A model generated the notes under the pieces. It searched no databases. It had not been told where the DNA came from and saw only the letters and a program-made list of their open reading frames with translations. From an uncultured Actinomycetes bacterium (GTDB lineage: Bacteria; Actinomycetota; UBA4738; HRBIN12), in contig CAWGUD010000034.1 in assembly GCA_963825685.1 (NCBI GenBank), forward strand, positions 2,101 through 66,100: a stretch of DNA of 64,000 bases. Reading direction: 5' to 3'. The translations under genes and the position numbers were made by a program. The first letter of the stretch is position 1. Each line of letters begins with the position of its first letter. Shown in pieces: positions 1-11,120 of the stretch.

Positions 1-670
1 GCAGGTGGTCGAGGATGCGCTCGGGCGCCGGCTCGAACAGGTACTCGGGGTGCACGCTCTTCGTGCCCGCGCCGGTCACCTCCTCGGGTGCGATCGGCAG
101 GAACCGCTTCGCCGTGGCCCGCAGCGTGAACGCCGACCGGAAGTCGGTATAGGCGCAGTGCAGCTCGTCGATCGTGCCCGCGGCGAAGTCGTCGATCAGG
201 CGGGCGCCGATCTCCCGCGCCACGTCGTAGGCGGGCACCTCGGTATGCCCCTGCCAGTCGGCCTCGATCCGCTGACCGCGGAACCGGAAGTAGCCCACGC
301 CCTTCTTGCCGCTCACGTAGAGCACCGGCTCGAGACCGCGCGCACGCACCGAGGCCAGCACGTGCTCGGCTTCCTTGATCACGTTGGCGGTGTAGGCGCC
401 GGCGAGACCGCGATCGGAGGTGCACACGAGCACGCCCGCCGACCTCGGCTCCGAGCGTTCCTCGAGCAACGGATGCGAGAAGGACCCGGAGTTGCGCGCG
501 AGGTCCTCCATCGCCTCGGTGAGCTGGATCGCGTACGGCCGCGACGCCTCGACCCGCTGCTGGGCCTTCACGATGCGCGACGACGCGATGAGCTCCATCG
601 CCCGGGTGATCTTCTTCGTCGACTGGACCGATCGGATCCGCCGGCGGACGACGCGGAGCTGGGCGCCCAT
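1..670 (-). CDS. atpG: F0F1 ATP synthase subunit gamma (partial; 3' end runs off the window)
   Basis: Absent from the ORF track because it leaves the window. My reverse-strand translation from ATG 670-668 reads MGAQLRVVRRRIRSVQSTKKITRAMELIASSRIVKAQQRV..., a canonical gamma N-terminus. It starts immediately after the atpA stop (671-673). Confidence 0.85.
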   Translation of the reverse strand, partial: MGAQLRVVRRRIRSVQSTKKITRAMELIASSRIVKAQQRVEASRPYAIQLTEAMEDLARNSGSFSHPLLEERSEPRSAGVLVCTSDRGLAGAYTANVIKEAEHVLASVRARGLEPVLYVSGKKGVGYFRFRGQRIEADWQGHTEVPAYDVAREIGARLIDDFAAGTIDELHCAYTDFRSAFTLRATAKRFLPIAPEEVTGAGTKSVHPEYLFEPAPERILDHL

Positions 671-2341
671 CTACGCGGTCGGCGCCCCGTCGCCGCTCTC
701 GCCCTCTTCGTCCTCGTCGACCGAGGACATGCGATCCCATCCGATGTCGGCCTTCGCTTCGTCGGGTGGCGTGGTCTCGCCGAGCCCCGCTCCCGAGCCG
801 GGCCCCGTCTGCGTCGGCGCGAAGACGTCCTGGAACGCCGCGATCGCGCCCTTCAGCGTCTCCTCCGTCTGCTCGGACAGATCCCCGGTATCGCGGATCG
901 CCGTGAAGACCTCGGGGTTGCGGGTCTCGAGGAACGTCGCGAGTTCCTCGACGAAGCGCTTCGCATCCTCGGCCGGGTAGTCGTCCATGTAGCCCCCGGT
1001 CACGGTGTAGATCGCGACGACCTGCCGCTCGACCGGCTGCGGGTCGTACTGCGGCTGCTTCAAGACCTCGACGACGCGGGCGCCGCGGGCGAGCTGCTGC
1101 TGTGACGCCTTGTCGAGCTCGGATCCGAACTGCGCGAACGCCTCGAGCGCCCGGAACTGGGCGAGGTCGAGACGGAGCCGGCCGGCGACTTTCTTCATGG
1201 CCTTGATCTGGGCGGCGCCGCCCACGCGGGAGACCGAGACGCCGACGTTGATCGCGGGGCGGACCCCGGAGAAGAACAGCTCCGACTCGAGGAACAGCTG
1301 CCCGTCGGTGATCGAGATGACGTTCGTCGGGATGTACGCGGAGATGTCGCCGCCCTTGGTCTCGATGATCGGCAGCGCCGTCATCGAGCCGCCCCCGTTC
1401 GCATCGGAGAGCTTGGCGGAGCGCTCCAGCAACCGGGAGTGCAGGTAGAAGACGTCGCCTGGGTACGCCTCACGGCCCGGCGGACGGCGCAGCAGCAACG
1501 AGATCTCGCGATAGGCCACGGCCTGCTTCGACAGGTCGTCGTAGACGATCAGCACGGCGTCGCCGTTGTACATCCAGTGGGCGCCGAGCGCCGCGCCGGA
1601 GTAGGGCGCCACGTACTGGAACGGCGCGGGGTCGGAGGCGGCGGCGTTCACGACGGTCGTGTACTCGAGGGCCCCGTTCTCGCGGAGGGTCTCGACCACC
1701 TCGGCCACCGTCGACGCCTTCTGGCCGATCGCCACGTAGATGCACTTCACGGCCTCGTCGGTACCCCAGTACTGCTTCTGGGAGATGATCGTGTCGAGCG
1801 CGACGGCGGTCTTCCCGGTCTGTCGGTCGCCGATGATCAGCTGGCGCTGGCCGCGACCGATCGCCGTCATCGCGTCGATCGCGGTGATGCCCGTGTACAT
1901 CGGTTCCTTCACGGGCTGACGCGCGACCACGTTCGGTGCCTGCACCTCGAGGTTCCTCGTCGCCTCCGCGGCGATCGGACCCTTGTCGTCGATCGGGCGC
2001 GCGAGGCCGTCGACGACGCGGCCCAGGAACCCGTCGCCCACGGGGATCGACAGGATGCGGCCGGTCTGCGTGACCGGGTCGCCCTCCTCGATCAGGGCGG
2101 CGTCGCCGAAGACGATGCAGCCGATCTCGTCCTCGTCGAGGTTGAAGGCCATGCCCAGCAGACCGCCGGGGAACTCGAGGAGCTCGTTCGCCATCGTGCG
2201 CGGCAGGCCGGCGACCCGGGCGATGCCGTCACCGGACTCGATCACGCGGCCGACCTCTTCGCGTGAGACCTCCGGCGTGTAGCTCTCGACGTTCTTCCTC
2301 AGGGCTTCCGCGATGCTCGCGGGATCAAGGTTGAGTGCCAT
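671..2341 (-). CDS. atpA: F0F1 ATP synthase subunit alpha, with a C-terminal extension of about 45 aa
   Basis: 556-aa ORF with Walker A GDRQTGKT. Full-length alpha-subunit-like sequence lying between atpH and atpG. Confidence 0.97.
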   Translation of the reverse strand: MALNLDPASIAEALRKNVESYTPEVSREEVGRVIESGDGIARVAGLPRTMANELLEFPGGLLGMAFNLDEDEIGCIVFGDAALIEEGDPVTQTGRILSIPVGDGFLGRVVDGLARPIDDKGPIAAEATRNLEVQAPNVVARQPVKEPMYTGITAIDAMTAIGRGQRQLIIGDRQTGKTAVALDTIISQKQYWGTDEAVKCIYVAIGQKASTVAEVVETLRENGALEYTTVVNAAASDPAPFQYVAPYSGAALGAHWMYNGDAVLIVYDDLSKQAVAYREISLLLRRPPGREAYPGDVFYLHSRLLERSAKLSDANGGGSMTALPIIETKGGDISAYIPTNVISITDGQLFLESELFFSGVRPAINVGVSVSRVGGAAQIKAMKKVAGRLRLDLAQFRALEAFAQFGSELDKASQQQLARGARVVEVLKQPQYDPQPVERQVVAIYTVTGGYMDDYPAEDAKRFVEELATFLETRNPEVFTAIRDTGDLSEQTEETLKGAIAAFQDVFAPTQTGPGSGAGLGETTPPDEAKADIGWDRMSSVDEDEEGESGDGAPTA

Positions 2342-2359
2342 GGTGAGGTTCCAGCTCCC

Positions 2360-2899
2360 TTAGGTGCCTAGGTGTTGCTTCGCGGAATCGAGCCGGCTCG
2401 ACACCGACCCGTCGAAGACCTCGTCGCCCACCCTCGCCACGATGCCGCCGACCACCGACGGGTCGACGACGACCTTCACGTCGACCGAGCGGCCCGTGGC
2501 CTGGGAGAGCGCGCGGGCGATGCGATCGCGTTGGGCCTCGGTCAGCTCGACCGCGCTCCGGACCTCGGCGAGGGCGTGGTCGCGCTCGCCGGCGGCCACC
2601 TGGGCCAGATGCTCGACGATCTTGGGCAGCTCGCGCGCCCGGCCCGCGTCGACCACGAAGCCGAGCAGCGTGACCGTGACGGGGTTCGCTCGATCGCCTA
2701 CGAGCTCGGCGATCACGGCCTTCTTGTTCTCGGCGGGCAGCGCGGCGTCGGTCAGCGCCTCGCGCAGGGACGTGTGCTGCTCGAGGCCCTTGGCGAAGCC
2801 GTAGAGCTCGTCCTCGACGGTCGGCAGCACGCCCTCGGCGCGCGCGACCGAGAACATCGCCTCGGCGTAGCCCTGGATCAGATCCTCGTCGCGGGTCAT
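2360..2899 (-). CDS. atpH: F0F1 ATP synthase subunit delta (OSCP)
   Basis: 179-aa ORF with an OSCP-like C-terminus (VVDPSVVGGIVARVGDEVFDGSV). Operon position between atpF and atpA. Confidence 0.9.
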   Translation of the reverse strand: MTRDEDLIQGYAEAMFSVARAEGVLPTVEDELYGFAKGLEQHTSLREALTDAALPAENKKAVIAELVGDRANPVTVTLLGFVVDAGRARELPKIVEHLAQVAAGERDHALAEVRSAVELTEAQRDRIARALSQATGRSVDVKVVVDPSVVGGIVARVGDEVFDGSVSSRLDSAKQHLGT

Positions 2900-2900
2900 G

Positions 2901-3461
2901 TCAGTTCGTCGCGTTCCCGCCCGCGACCTGGTCGATGTACTCGTCGATCAGGCGCTCGTGAGCGCTCGGGTCGAGGGACTCGCCCACCACGCGGCCGGCG
3001 AGCTCGACGGCGATCTCGCCGACCTGCGCCCGCAGCTCCTGGAAGACGCGGTCGCGCTCGGCGCGGATCTCCTCCTGCGCCCGGGCGACGGTGGCCTGGG
3101 ACTCCTGCTCGGCCTTGGCCTGCACGTCGCGACGGAGCTGGTCGGCGGTCGCGCGCGCCTCCTCGATGATGCGAGTGGACTCGTCGCGCGCCCCGGCCAG
3201 CTGCTGGCGGTACTCGGCGAGCAGCGTGTCGGCCTCGGACCGCGTGGACTCTGCGCGCTCCATCTCGCCCTGGATCTTGTCGGCGCGCGCGGCGAGGGTC
3301 TTGTTCAGGGCCGGGAACGCGAACTTCCACAGCACGAAGAAGACGATGAGGAAGGCGAGCCCGCCGACGATCAGCTCGACGATCGGCGGGATCAGCACGC
3401 TGATGCCGCCTGCCTCCTCCTCCCCACCCGCCTCCGCGGCCAGGATCAACGTGTTCAGCAT
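2901..3461 (-). CDS. atpF: F0F1 ATP synthase subunit b
   Basis: 186 aa. One N-terminal TM helix followed by a long charged coiled-coil (AE/R/Q rich). Operon position is right. Confidence 0.85.
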   Translation of the reverse strand: MLNTLILAAEAGGEEEAGGISVLIPPIVELIVGGLAFLIVFFVLWKFAFPALNKTLAARADKIQGEMERAESTRSEADTLLAEYRQQLAGARDESTRIIEEARATADQLRRDVQAKAEQESQATVARAQEEIRAERDRVFQELRAQVGEIAVELAGRVVGESLDPSAHERLIDEYIDQVAGGNATN

Positions 3462-3492
3462 CGGGTCGTTCCTCTCTGGCTCGGTCGAGACC

Positions 3493-5052
<1,560 letters not shown>

Positions 5053-5271
5053 TCAGTCAGGGTCTCTCCCGTATCGAACGTAGATCACGTAGATCGAGGC
5101 GCCGACGCCGAGCAGCATCCCGATCGGGAGGAACAAGCCGTCGAAGCCGAGCCACCGGTCGAGGAGCCAGCCGACACCCCCCCACACCACGATGCCGGCG
5201 AGCAAGGTGCCGATCACGCTCCACGCCTGGTTGGCTCCCTTCCACGCTTCCCCTGGGTCGCGTCCCGGCAT
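5053..5271 (-). CDS. AtpZ/AtpI-family small membrane protein (putative F0F1-ATPase-associated subunit)
   Basis: 72 aa with two TM helices (SVIGTLLAGIVVWGGVGWLLD...LFLPIGMLLGVGASIYVIY). First gene of the atp cluster. Confidence 0.6.
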   Translation of the reverse strand: MPGRDPGEAWKGANQAWSVIGTLLAGIVVWGGVGWLLDRWLGFDGLFLPIGMLLGVGASIYVIYVRYGRDPD

Positions 5272-5281
5272 GGGCGCGGCA

Positions 5282-5311
5282 AGTATAGGGGTGCGGCCGG
5301 AAGCCCGTCAA
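5282..5311 (-). promoter_or_regulatory. Candidate sigmaA-type promoter of the atp operon
   Basis: On the minus strand: TTGACG (5311-5306), 18-nt spacer, TATACT (5287-5282). The -10 ends 10 nt before the atpZ-like ATG (5271), so the predicted leader is at most about 4 nt. Confidence 0.4.
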
Positions 5312-5361
5312 AGGAACGCAACACTCGTTTCCGCAGGTCAGAGGCGGTTTCCTCGTGACCT

Positions 5362-5377
5362 TGTGAAAAGTTTCACG
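5362..5377. promoter_or_regulatory. CRP/GlxR-like palindrome TGTGA-N6-TCACG upstream of the atp promoter
   Basis: TGTGAAAAGTTTCACG matches 9 of 10 positions of the TGTGA-N6-TCACA consensus. It sits in a locally AT-richer intergenic patch, centred about 95 nt upstream of the predicted TSS. Confidence 0.3.
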
Positions 5378-5423
5378 AAGTTCGGGCCCGCCCGGTCGCC
5401 GATGGGCACGGGGGAGCGCTGGT

Positions 5424-6317
5424 TCAACGACCGGCACCGAGCGCGGCCTTGGCGCCGACGACCTCTCCCTTGACCTTGCGGCTCGACCGGAAGCTCGCCA
5501 CGAGGTTCAGCCCCGCGGTGAGCAGGCCGGCCGTGAACAGGATCGTGCCCCAGACGTTCACCTGCGGCGGCACGCCGATCCGCGATGCGCCGAAGACCCA
5601 GGTCGGGAACGTGTTGACGGACCCCCCGACGAAGTTCGTGATCACGAAGTCGTCGAGCGACAACACGAACGAGAGCAGGAAGCCGGCGACCACGCCCGGC
5701 ATGATCAGCGGGAACGTCACCCGCATGAACGCCTGGAACGGCGTGGCGAACAGATCCTGCGCGGCGTTCTCGAGCGAGCGATCGAGACCCTGCACGCGGG
5801 CACGCACCGTGATCGCCACGAACGCGATCGCGAACCCGATGTGGCTGAACAGGATCGACCCGTAGCCGATCGGGGTCGCCGCCTGCACGAACATCGACAG
5901 CAGGGCCGACGCGAGCACGATCTCCGGGATCGCGATCGCGAGGAAGATCACGAAGTTCGTGAGACCGCGCCCGTGGAACTGGTAGCGACCGAGCACCAAG
6001 CCGATCAGCGCCCCGATCGCGGTGGCGATGATCGAGGCCGGGATCGCGACCTTGATCGACGTCACGAGCGCCGTGTTCAATCCCTGCACACCGAACATCT
6101 CGTTCCACCACTCGAGCGTGCAGCAGGTGAAGTCGGCGGTCTGACGCTCCCCGACGAGCTTGTTGAACGAGAAGAGGATCATGATGAAGATCGGCGCCGC
6201 CAGGTAGACGATCATCACGATCGTGAACACCGGCAGGATGTAGAAGGTCCACCGTCGGCGCTGCGTGCGCAGCGGACCGCGGTCGACGCCGGCTCGGTCG
6301 ATCGTCGCCGCGCTCAT
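5424..6317 (-). CDS. ABC transporter permease (PotC-like, polyamine-type importer)
   Basis: 297 aa with 6 TM helices. Binding-protein-dependent transport EAA-type loop (SLENAAQDLFATPFQAFMRVTFPLIMPG). Confidence 0.85.
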   Translation of the reverse strand: MSAATIDRAGVDRGPLRTQRRRWTFYILPVFTIVMIVYLAAPIFIMILFSFNKLVGERQTADFTCCTLEWWNEMFGVQGLNTALVTSIKVAIPASIIATAIGALIGLVLGRYQFHGRGLTNFVIFLAIAIPEIVLASALLSMFVQAATPIGYGSILFSHIGFAIAFVAITVRARVQGLDRSLENAAQDLFATPFQAFMRVTFPLIMPGVVAGFLLSFVLSLDDFVITNFVGGSVNTFPTWVFGASRIGVPPQVNVWGTILFTAGLLTAGLNLVASFRSSRKVKGEVVGAKAALGAGR

Positions 6318-7277
6318 ACGGCACCCGCCGCGAGCGCCGAATCCTCGGTGCCCAGCGCCCTCGCGTAGATCACGGCGATCGCGAGCATGCCGACCATGAG
6401 GATCACCGAGAGTGCCGCCGCTTCCGGATAGTCGGCCTCGACGAGGAACTTCGACTGGATGATCTGCCCGATCATCGTGGTCTTGTTCGAACCCAGCACG
6501 CTGGAGTTCACGTAGTCACCCGTCGCCGGCACGAACGTGAGGATCAATGCCGCGAACAGACCGGGGAACGACAGTGGCAACACGACCTTGCGGAACGCCT
6601 CGCACTTCGACGCGTACAGGTCCTTGGCGGCCTCGACGAGCCGTTTGTCGATGCGCTCGAGCGCCACGTACAGCGGCGAGCGCGGTGAACGGCAGGAAGT
6701 TGTACGTGATGCCGGCCACGACCGCGATCGGCGTGGCGAGCACCTGGAAGTCGTCGGGCAGCAGGCCGATCGTCTTCAGGGGACCGAAGAGCACCCCGTC
6801 GTCGGCGAGCAGGAACTTCCACTGCACGGTGCGGATCACGAACGAGACGAAGAACGGCACGAGGATCAGGAAGAACAGGGTGGACTTCCACTTCCCGGCG
6901 TAGAACGCGATCCAGTAGGCCATCGGATACGCCAGCAGGATGCAGAACAGCGTCGCCAGGCCCGAGTAGAGCAGCGACTTCGCGTAGAAGCCCCGGTACT
7001 GGCTGAACGCGCTCGTGTAGTTGTCGAAGGCCCAGCTGAACGAGTAGCCGCCCGACAGCAGGCCACCGCTCTCGAGCGAGGTGTAGACGACCAGGATCAG
7101 CGGCACGATGAACGCGAGGGCGAGGTAGACCGCCCCGGGCGCGAGCAGGCCGTAGGCGACCCGCTGCCGCCGCTTCGCGAGGAACTGGTCCGCCCGCTTG
7201 GGCGGCTCGTCGCCGCTCTGAGCCGCCACGGCCGCTGTGAGCAGCGCGAGGTCCTTGTGCTGCTGTCCCCCTTGCAC
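6314..7277 (-). CDS. ABC transporter permease (PotB-like); frameshifted as assembled near 6677
   Basis: The N-terminal part lies in the frame of track ORF 6516..9575 (...AGITYNFLPF). The C-terminal part is ORF 6314..6667 (ALERIDKRLVEAAKDLYAS...). Removing one base restores FTAL-PLYVALERID. Length is 3n+1. Confidence 0.8.
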
Positions 7278-7279
7278 CT

Positions 7280-8573
7280 CTACGTCTCCGTCAGCGGGAT
7301 GAAGATGTTGTCCCACTCCTCGCGTTCCTCGTCGGTGGTGAGGTTGCGGCCGAACGGGGTCTTCGCGAGCAGCGCGTCGTCGGGCCACAGGTAGGGACTG
7401 TCCGCCGTCTCCTGCAGGTCCTCGGCCTCCGCGCCGCTCGTCTCGGCGGCATGCGCGGCGATCAGGTCCTGGACCGCCGGCACCGGCGACATGTAGAGCA
7501 CCCACTCGGTGATCATCTGGGCGATCTCGGGCTGGTACACGAAGTCCATCAACTGGTACGCGCCCTGGGGGTTGGCGGAGTTGGCCGGGATCAGCATGTT
7601 GTCGATCCACAGCAGCGCGCCACCCTCGGGCACGACGAACTCGTACGGGCGCGTTCTCCCAGATCTTGTAGAAGAGCACGTCGCCCGACCAGACCATGCT
7701 GGCGGAGAGGTTGCCGGCCGTGAAGTCGTCGATGTAGCCCTGGTCGTAGAAGGTGCGGACGGTGCCGGAATCCTTCAGCGTCTGGATCCAGTCGGCGGCC
7801 TCCTGCCACTCCGCAGGCCCCGAGTCGGCGGGGTTGATGCCGAGGTTGATCATCACGAGGTCGGGCATGTCGGCCTTGAGCATGCCGACCGAGTTCGTCC
7901 CCACGATGTCGGGGTTGGCCAGGTCGTCCATCGTCGTGAGCGGCTGACTGACCTTCTCGGTGTTGTACCCGATGCCGGTGAGCCCGGACTGCCAGGCCAT
8001 CGAGAACTTGTTCCCCGGGTCGAAGTCGGGGTCCTTGGCCCACGTCGCGGCGTTCGCGTCGAAGTTCGGCCTCATCGAGGGGTCGAGCTCCGTCAGCCAC
8101 CCGTTCACGATCAGGGCTGTCAGCTCGCGGCCGTTCGTCACGACGATGATGTCGCGGCCGGTGTCCTGTCCCGCCTGCAGCTGCGGCAGCAGCTCGCCGA
8201 AGAACTCGGCGTTGCCCTGGATCTCGTCGTTGTAGTTGACCGAGATGCCGGTCTCTTCCTGGAACGCGTACAGCGACGGGTACCCCTTGCTGCCGTCGGG
8301 GAGCTTGCCCTTGTCGATGTAGAGGGGCCAGTTCGAGAAGTTGACCGTGTCACCCGGTGTCGCCCCGAAGTCGACCGTCGCCCCGCTCGGCTCGCCACCG
8401 CTGCCGGGGGCCGTCTCGCCGCCGCACGCAGCGATGATCGAGGCCAGGCTCAGGGTGCCGACGGTGGCGCCGCCGTACTTGATCAGGTCGCGCCGCGAGA
8501 CACGCCGCTGCGTCATCCCCCGCATCAGCGACGCGGCGAACGCCGGGTCGATGTCCTTGCGGTCTCGGGTCAT
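7280..8573 (-). CDS. ABC transporter substrate-binding lipoprotein (PotD/PotF-like); frameshifted as assembled near 7646
   Basis: N-terminus MTRDRKDID...RRVSRRDLIKYGGATVGTLSLASIIAACGG (Tat/lipobox-like). The C-terminal piece is ORF 7280..7633 (PEGGALLWIDNMLIP...). Junction reads ...KIWENAP/YEFVVPEGG. ATGA overlap with the upstream ATPase. Confidence 0.8.
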
Positions 8574-9700
8574 GCTTCGTCCTCCTCCATGATCAAGCCT
8601 TCCTGGGGCGCCACGGCGAACGTGTGCTCCGGCTTCCACGAGACCGTGACCGCCTCGCCTTGACGGGGTGCTTCCTCCTGGCCGAGGTTCTGCACGTACG
8701 CGGTCATGATCGTGCCGCCGACCGCCTCGACCTTGTACTGGTGGCTGACGCCGATGTAGGTGGTCATCGTCACGCGCCCTGAGACGTGGTTGTGGCCCTG
8801 GGGCACCGCGGCGCCCTCGCCGCGCGAGATCGTGAGCTTCTCCGGGCGCACCCCGACCTTCACCGTGCCCGTCACGTCGGACGGCACGCGGCTGGTCGGC
8901 AGCTGCACGGCGCCGCCGTCGGGCAGCGACACGGTCGCGACGCCGTTCGCACCCTCCTTCAGCTCGCCCTCGAGCATGTTCGCCGAGCCCAGGAAGCCGG
9001 CGACGAACTCCGTGGCGGGGTTCTCGTAGACGGTCTCGGGATCGCCGAGCTGCTCGATCTTGCCGAGGCGCATGACCGCGAGGCGATCCGACATCGTCAT
9101 CGCCTCTTCCTGGTCGTGCGTCACGTAGATGAACGTGATGCCGACCTCCTGCTGGATGCGCTTGAGCTCGAGCTGCATCTGCTTGCGCAGCTTGAGGTCG
9201 AGGGCGCCGAGGGGCTCGTCGAGGAGCAGCACCTTGGGGTGGTTCACCAGCGCTCGCGCCAGTGCGACACGCTGCTGCTGCCCACCGGACATCTGCGGGG
9301 GCTTGCGGCTCTCGAACCCGATCAGGTCGACGAGGGTCATCGCGTCCTTGACCCTCGTCTCGATCTCGGACTTGTCGACCTTCTTGCGACGAAGGCCGAA
9401 CGCGACGTTCTCCTTCACATCGAGGTGGGGGAACAGCGCGTAGGACTGGAACACGGTGTTCACGTCGCGCTTGTACGGGGGCAGGTCGGTCACATCGCGT
9501 CCACCGAGGTAGACCGTGCCGTACGTCGGATCCTCGAACCCGCCGATCATGCGGAGCGTGGTGGTCTTGCCACACCCCGAAGGCCCCAGCATCGAGAAGA
9601 ACTCGCCCTCCTCGATGTCCAACGAAAGGTCGTCCACCGCGACGGCGTCACCGAACATCTTCGTGACGCGTTCCACGCGAACGTCGATCTCGTTCGGCAC
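8570..9700 (-). CDS. ABC transporter ATP-binding protein (PotA-like)
   Basis: 376 aa with Walker A GPSGCGKTT, signature [15 protein letters not shown] and Walker [12 protein letters not shown]. Has a TOBE-like C-terminal domain. Confidence 0.9.
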   Translation of the reverse strand: MPNEIDVRVERVTKMFGDAVAVDDLSLDIEEGEFFSMLGPSGCGKTTTLRMIGGFEDPTYGTVYLGGRDVTDLPPYKRDVNTVFQSYALFPHLDVKENVAFGLRRKKVDKSEIETRVKDAMTLVDLIGFESRKPPQMSGGQQQRVALARALVNHPKVLLLDEPLGALDLKLRKQMQLELKRIQQEVGITFIYVTHDQEEAMTMSDRLAVMRLGKIEQLGDPETVYENPATEFVAGFLGSANMLEGELKEGANGVATVSLPDGGAVQLPTSRVPSDVTGTVKVGVRPEKLTISRGEGAAVPQGHNHVSGRVTMTTYIGVSHQYKVEAVGGTIMTAYVQNLGQEEAPRQGEAVTVSWKPEHTFAVAPQEGLIMEEDEA

Positions 9701-9884
9701 GCGCTCCCCCTCCTCGGCCCCCCGCCCGGACGCAACGCGTCGAGGCGGCGGGCATCATCACCTGTCAGTACGCAGTCAGGAACCCGCGGGTTCGGAGATG
9801 CATCATCGACCACTTGTACGGAACGGACAAGGGGGGCGGCCTCGCTCGTCCACGTGGTGTCCTGGTCGCCGTGTCGAGCGCCGA

Positions 9885-11093
9885 TCACGCCTGACCCTCG
9901 GCCGACGGCTCCGAGCCGGCCGCCGCGGGCTCGGGAGCCTCGGTCGCGTCGGCGGAGCCGTTGGTCCGGCGCCTCCACCGATCGAGGGCCGGGAGCGCCG
10001 TGACGAGGAACAGCCCGAGGGCTGCGAGCAGCACGAGGCCCACGGTCGTACGCCCGTCGATCAGCCCCACCGCCAGCGCGCTCGCGCTGATCAGCCCGCT
10101 CCACAGGTACATCAGCAGCACCGCCCGGCGGTGGCTGTGTCCGATGTCCATCAGTCGGTGATGGATGTGCTCCTTGTCGGCGTGGCCGATGCCCTGCCCT
10201 CGCCACGTGCGCCTCGCGATCGCGAGCACCACGTCGAGGAACGGGATGAACAGCACGAGGAGCGGCACGAGCACCGCGCCGGTGATGGCAGCGATGTCGC
10301 CGGCGCTCGGTGGGAACGGGTTGCGGCCGATGCCGCTGATCGTCGCGATCGACAACAGCATGCCGAGCAGCAGCGAGCCGGAGTCGCCCATGAATATCTT
10401 GGCCGGGTAGAAGTTCCACGGCAGGAACCCGAGACAGATGCCGACCGTGATCGCCGAGAGCATCGCCGCCGCCGACGCGTCGCCGAACATGTTCTCCGTC
10501 CGGATCACGTACACGAAGAACGCCGAAGCGGCGATCGCGATCATGCCGGCCGCGAGCCCGTCGAGCCCGTCGACGAGGTTCACCGCGTTCGCGACGGCCA
10601 CGACCCACACGATCGTGAGGGGAACCGCGAGGTCGGGATCGAGCAGGACGACCCCGAGACCGGGGATCCAGAAGAACGCGAGCGCGGCGCCCATCAGCAC
10701 GAGCACTCCTCCGATGAACACCTGCGCCGTGAACTTGGCCAGCGCGCTGATGCGACGCCGGTCGTCGATCACGCCGAGGCCGAACATCAACGTGCACGTG
10801 ACGATCGCCGCGAGCGGCACCGGGCTCCCCCGCCGCACCTCGGCGAAGAACGGCAACGCGAGCGCGATGCCCATCGCGACGAGGAAGCCCGCGTACATCG
10901 CGATCCCACCCATCGTGGGCGTCGGTGCTGCGTGCACCGTGCGGTCGTTGGGCTCGGAGATCGCGCCCATGCGCACGACCAGGCGCCGGACGATCGGCGT
11001 CGCAACGAACGTCGTCCCCGCGGCCGCGAGGAAGATGATCAGGTATGCGCTCACGCTGGGGTCAGTCTGCGGGCCCGGTCGCCCGCCCGGCAA
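9885..11093 (-). CDS. wecA: UDP-GlcNAc:undecaprenyl-phosphate GlcNAc-1-phosphate transferase (MraY/WecA family)
   Basis: 402-aa polytopic protein with NAVNLVDGLDGLAAG and IFMGDSGSLLLG motifs. Conserved actinobacterial position upstream of the atp cluster. Confidence 0.85.
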   Translation of the reverse strand: MPGGRPGPQTDPSVSAYLIIFLAAAGTTFVATPIVRRLVVRMGAISEPNDRTVHAAPTPTMGGIAMYAGFLVAMGIALALPFFAEVRRGSPVPLAAIVTCTLMFGLGVIDDRRRISALAKFTAQVFIGGVLVLMGAALAFFWIPGLGVVLLDPDLAVPLTIVWVVAVANAVNLVDGLDGLAAGMIAIAASAFFVYVIRTENMFGDASAAAMLSAITVGICLGFLPWNFYPAKIFMGDSGSLLLGMLLSIATISGIGRNPFPPSAGDIAAITGAVLVPLLVLFIPFLDVVLAIARRTWRGQGIGHADKEHIHHRLMDIGHSHRRAVLLMYLWSGLISASALAVGLIDGRTTVGLVLLAALGLFLVTALPALDRWRRRTNGSADATEAPEPAAAGSEPSAEGQA

Positions 11094-11120
11094 CCGGACC
11101 CGCCCGGCCCGGGCGGCACG

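Noticed and set aside
5-1105. A long plus-strand ORF (366 aa) opposite atpG/atpA. Many similar 200-1000-aa ORFs appear in the track, for example 9516..12512 (+), 14938..17637 (+), 32281..35295 (-), 17823..19976 (+) and 55608..56987 (+, N-terminal part).
   Set aside because: They are Arg/Ala/Gly/Pro-rich and lack motifs. They lie antisense or out of frame to genes with unmistakable conserved sequences. This is the open-frame artefact expected in DNA of about 70% GC.
6516-9575. A 1019-aa ORF that looks like a giant protein.
   Set aside because: It is a frame-sharing concatenation of the PotB-like N-terminus, most of the binding protein, and out-of-frame sequence over the ATPase gene. The run-on arises from missing stops in GC-rich DNA and two frame breaks.
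9701-9884. The less GC-rich region upstream of the PotA-like gene, with CTGAC-N6-CTGAC and a weak TTGTCC/GATGAT promoter-like pair.
   Set aside because: The motifs are weak and unsupported by spacing or by any consensus I can name. Left unannotated.
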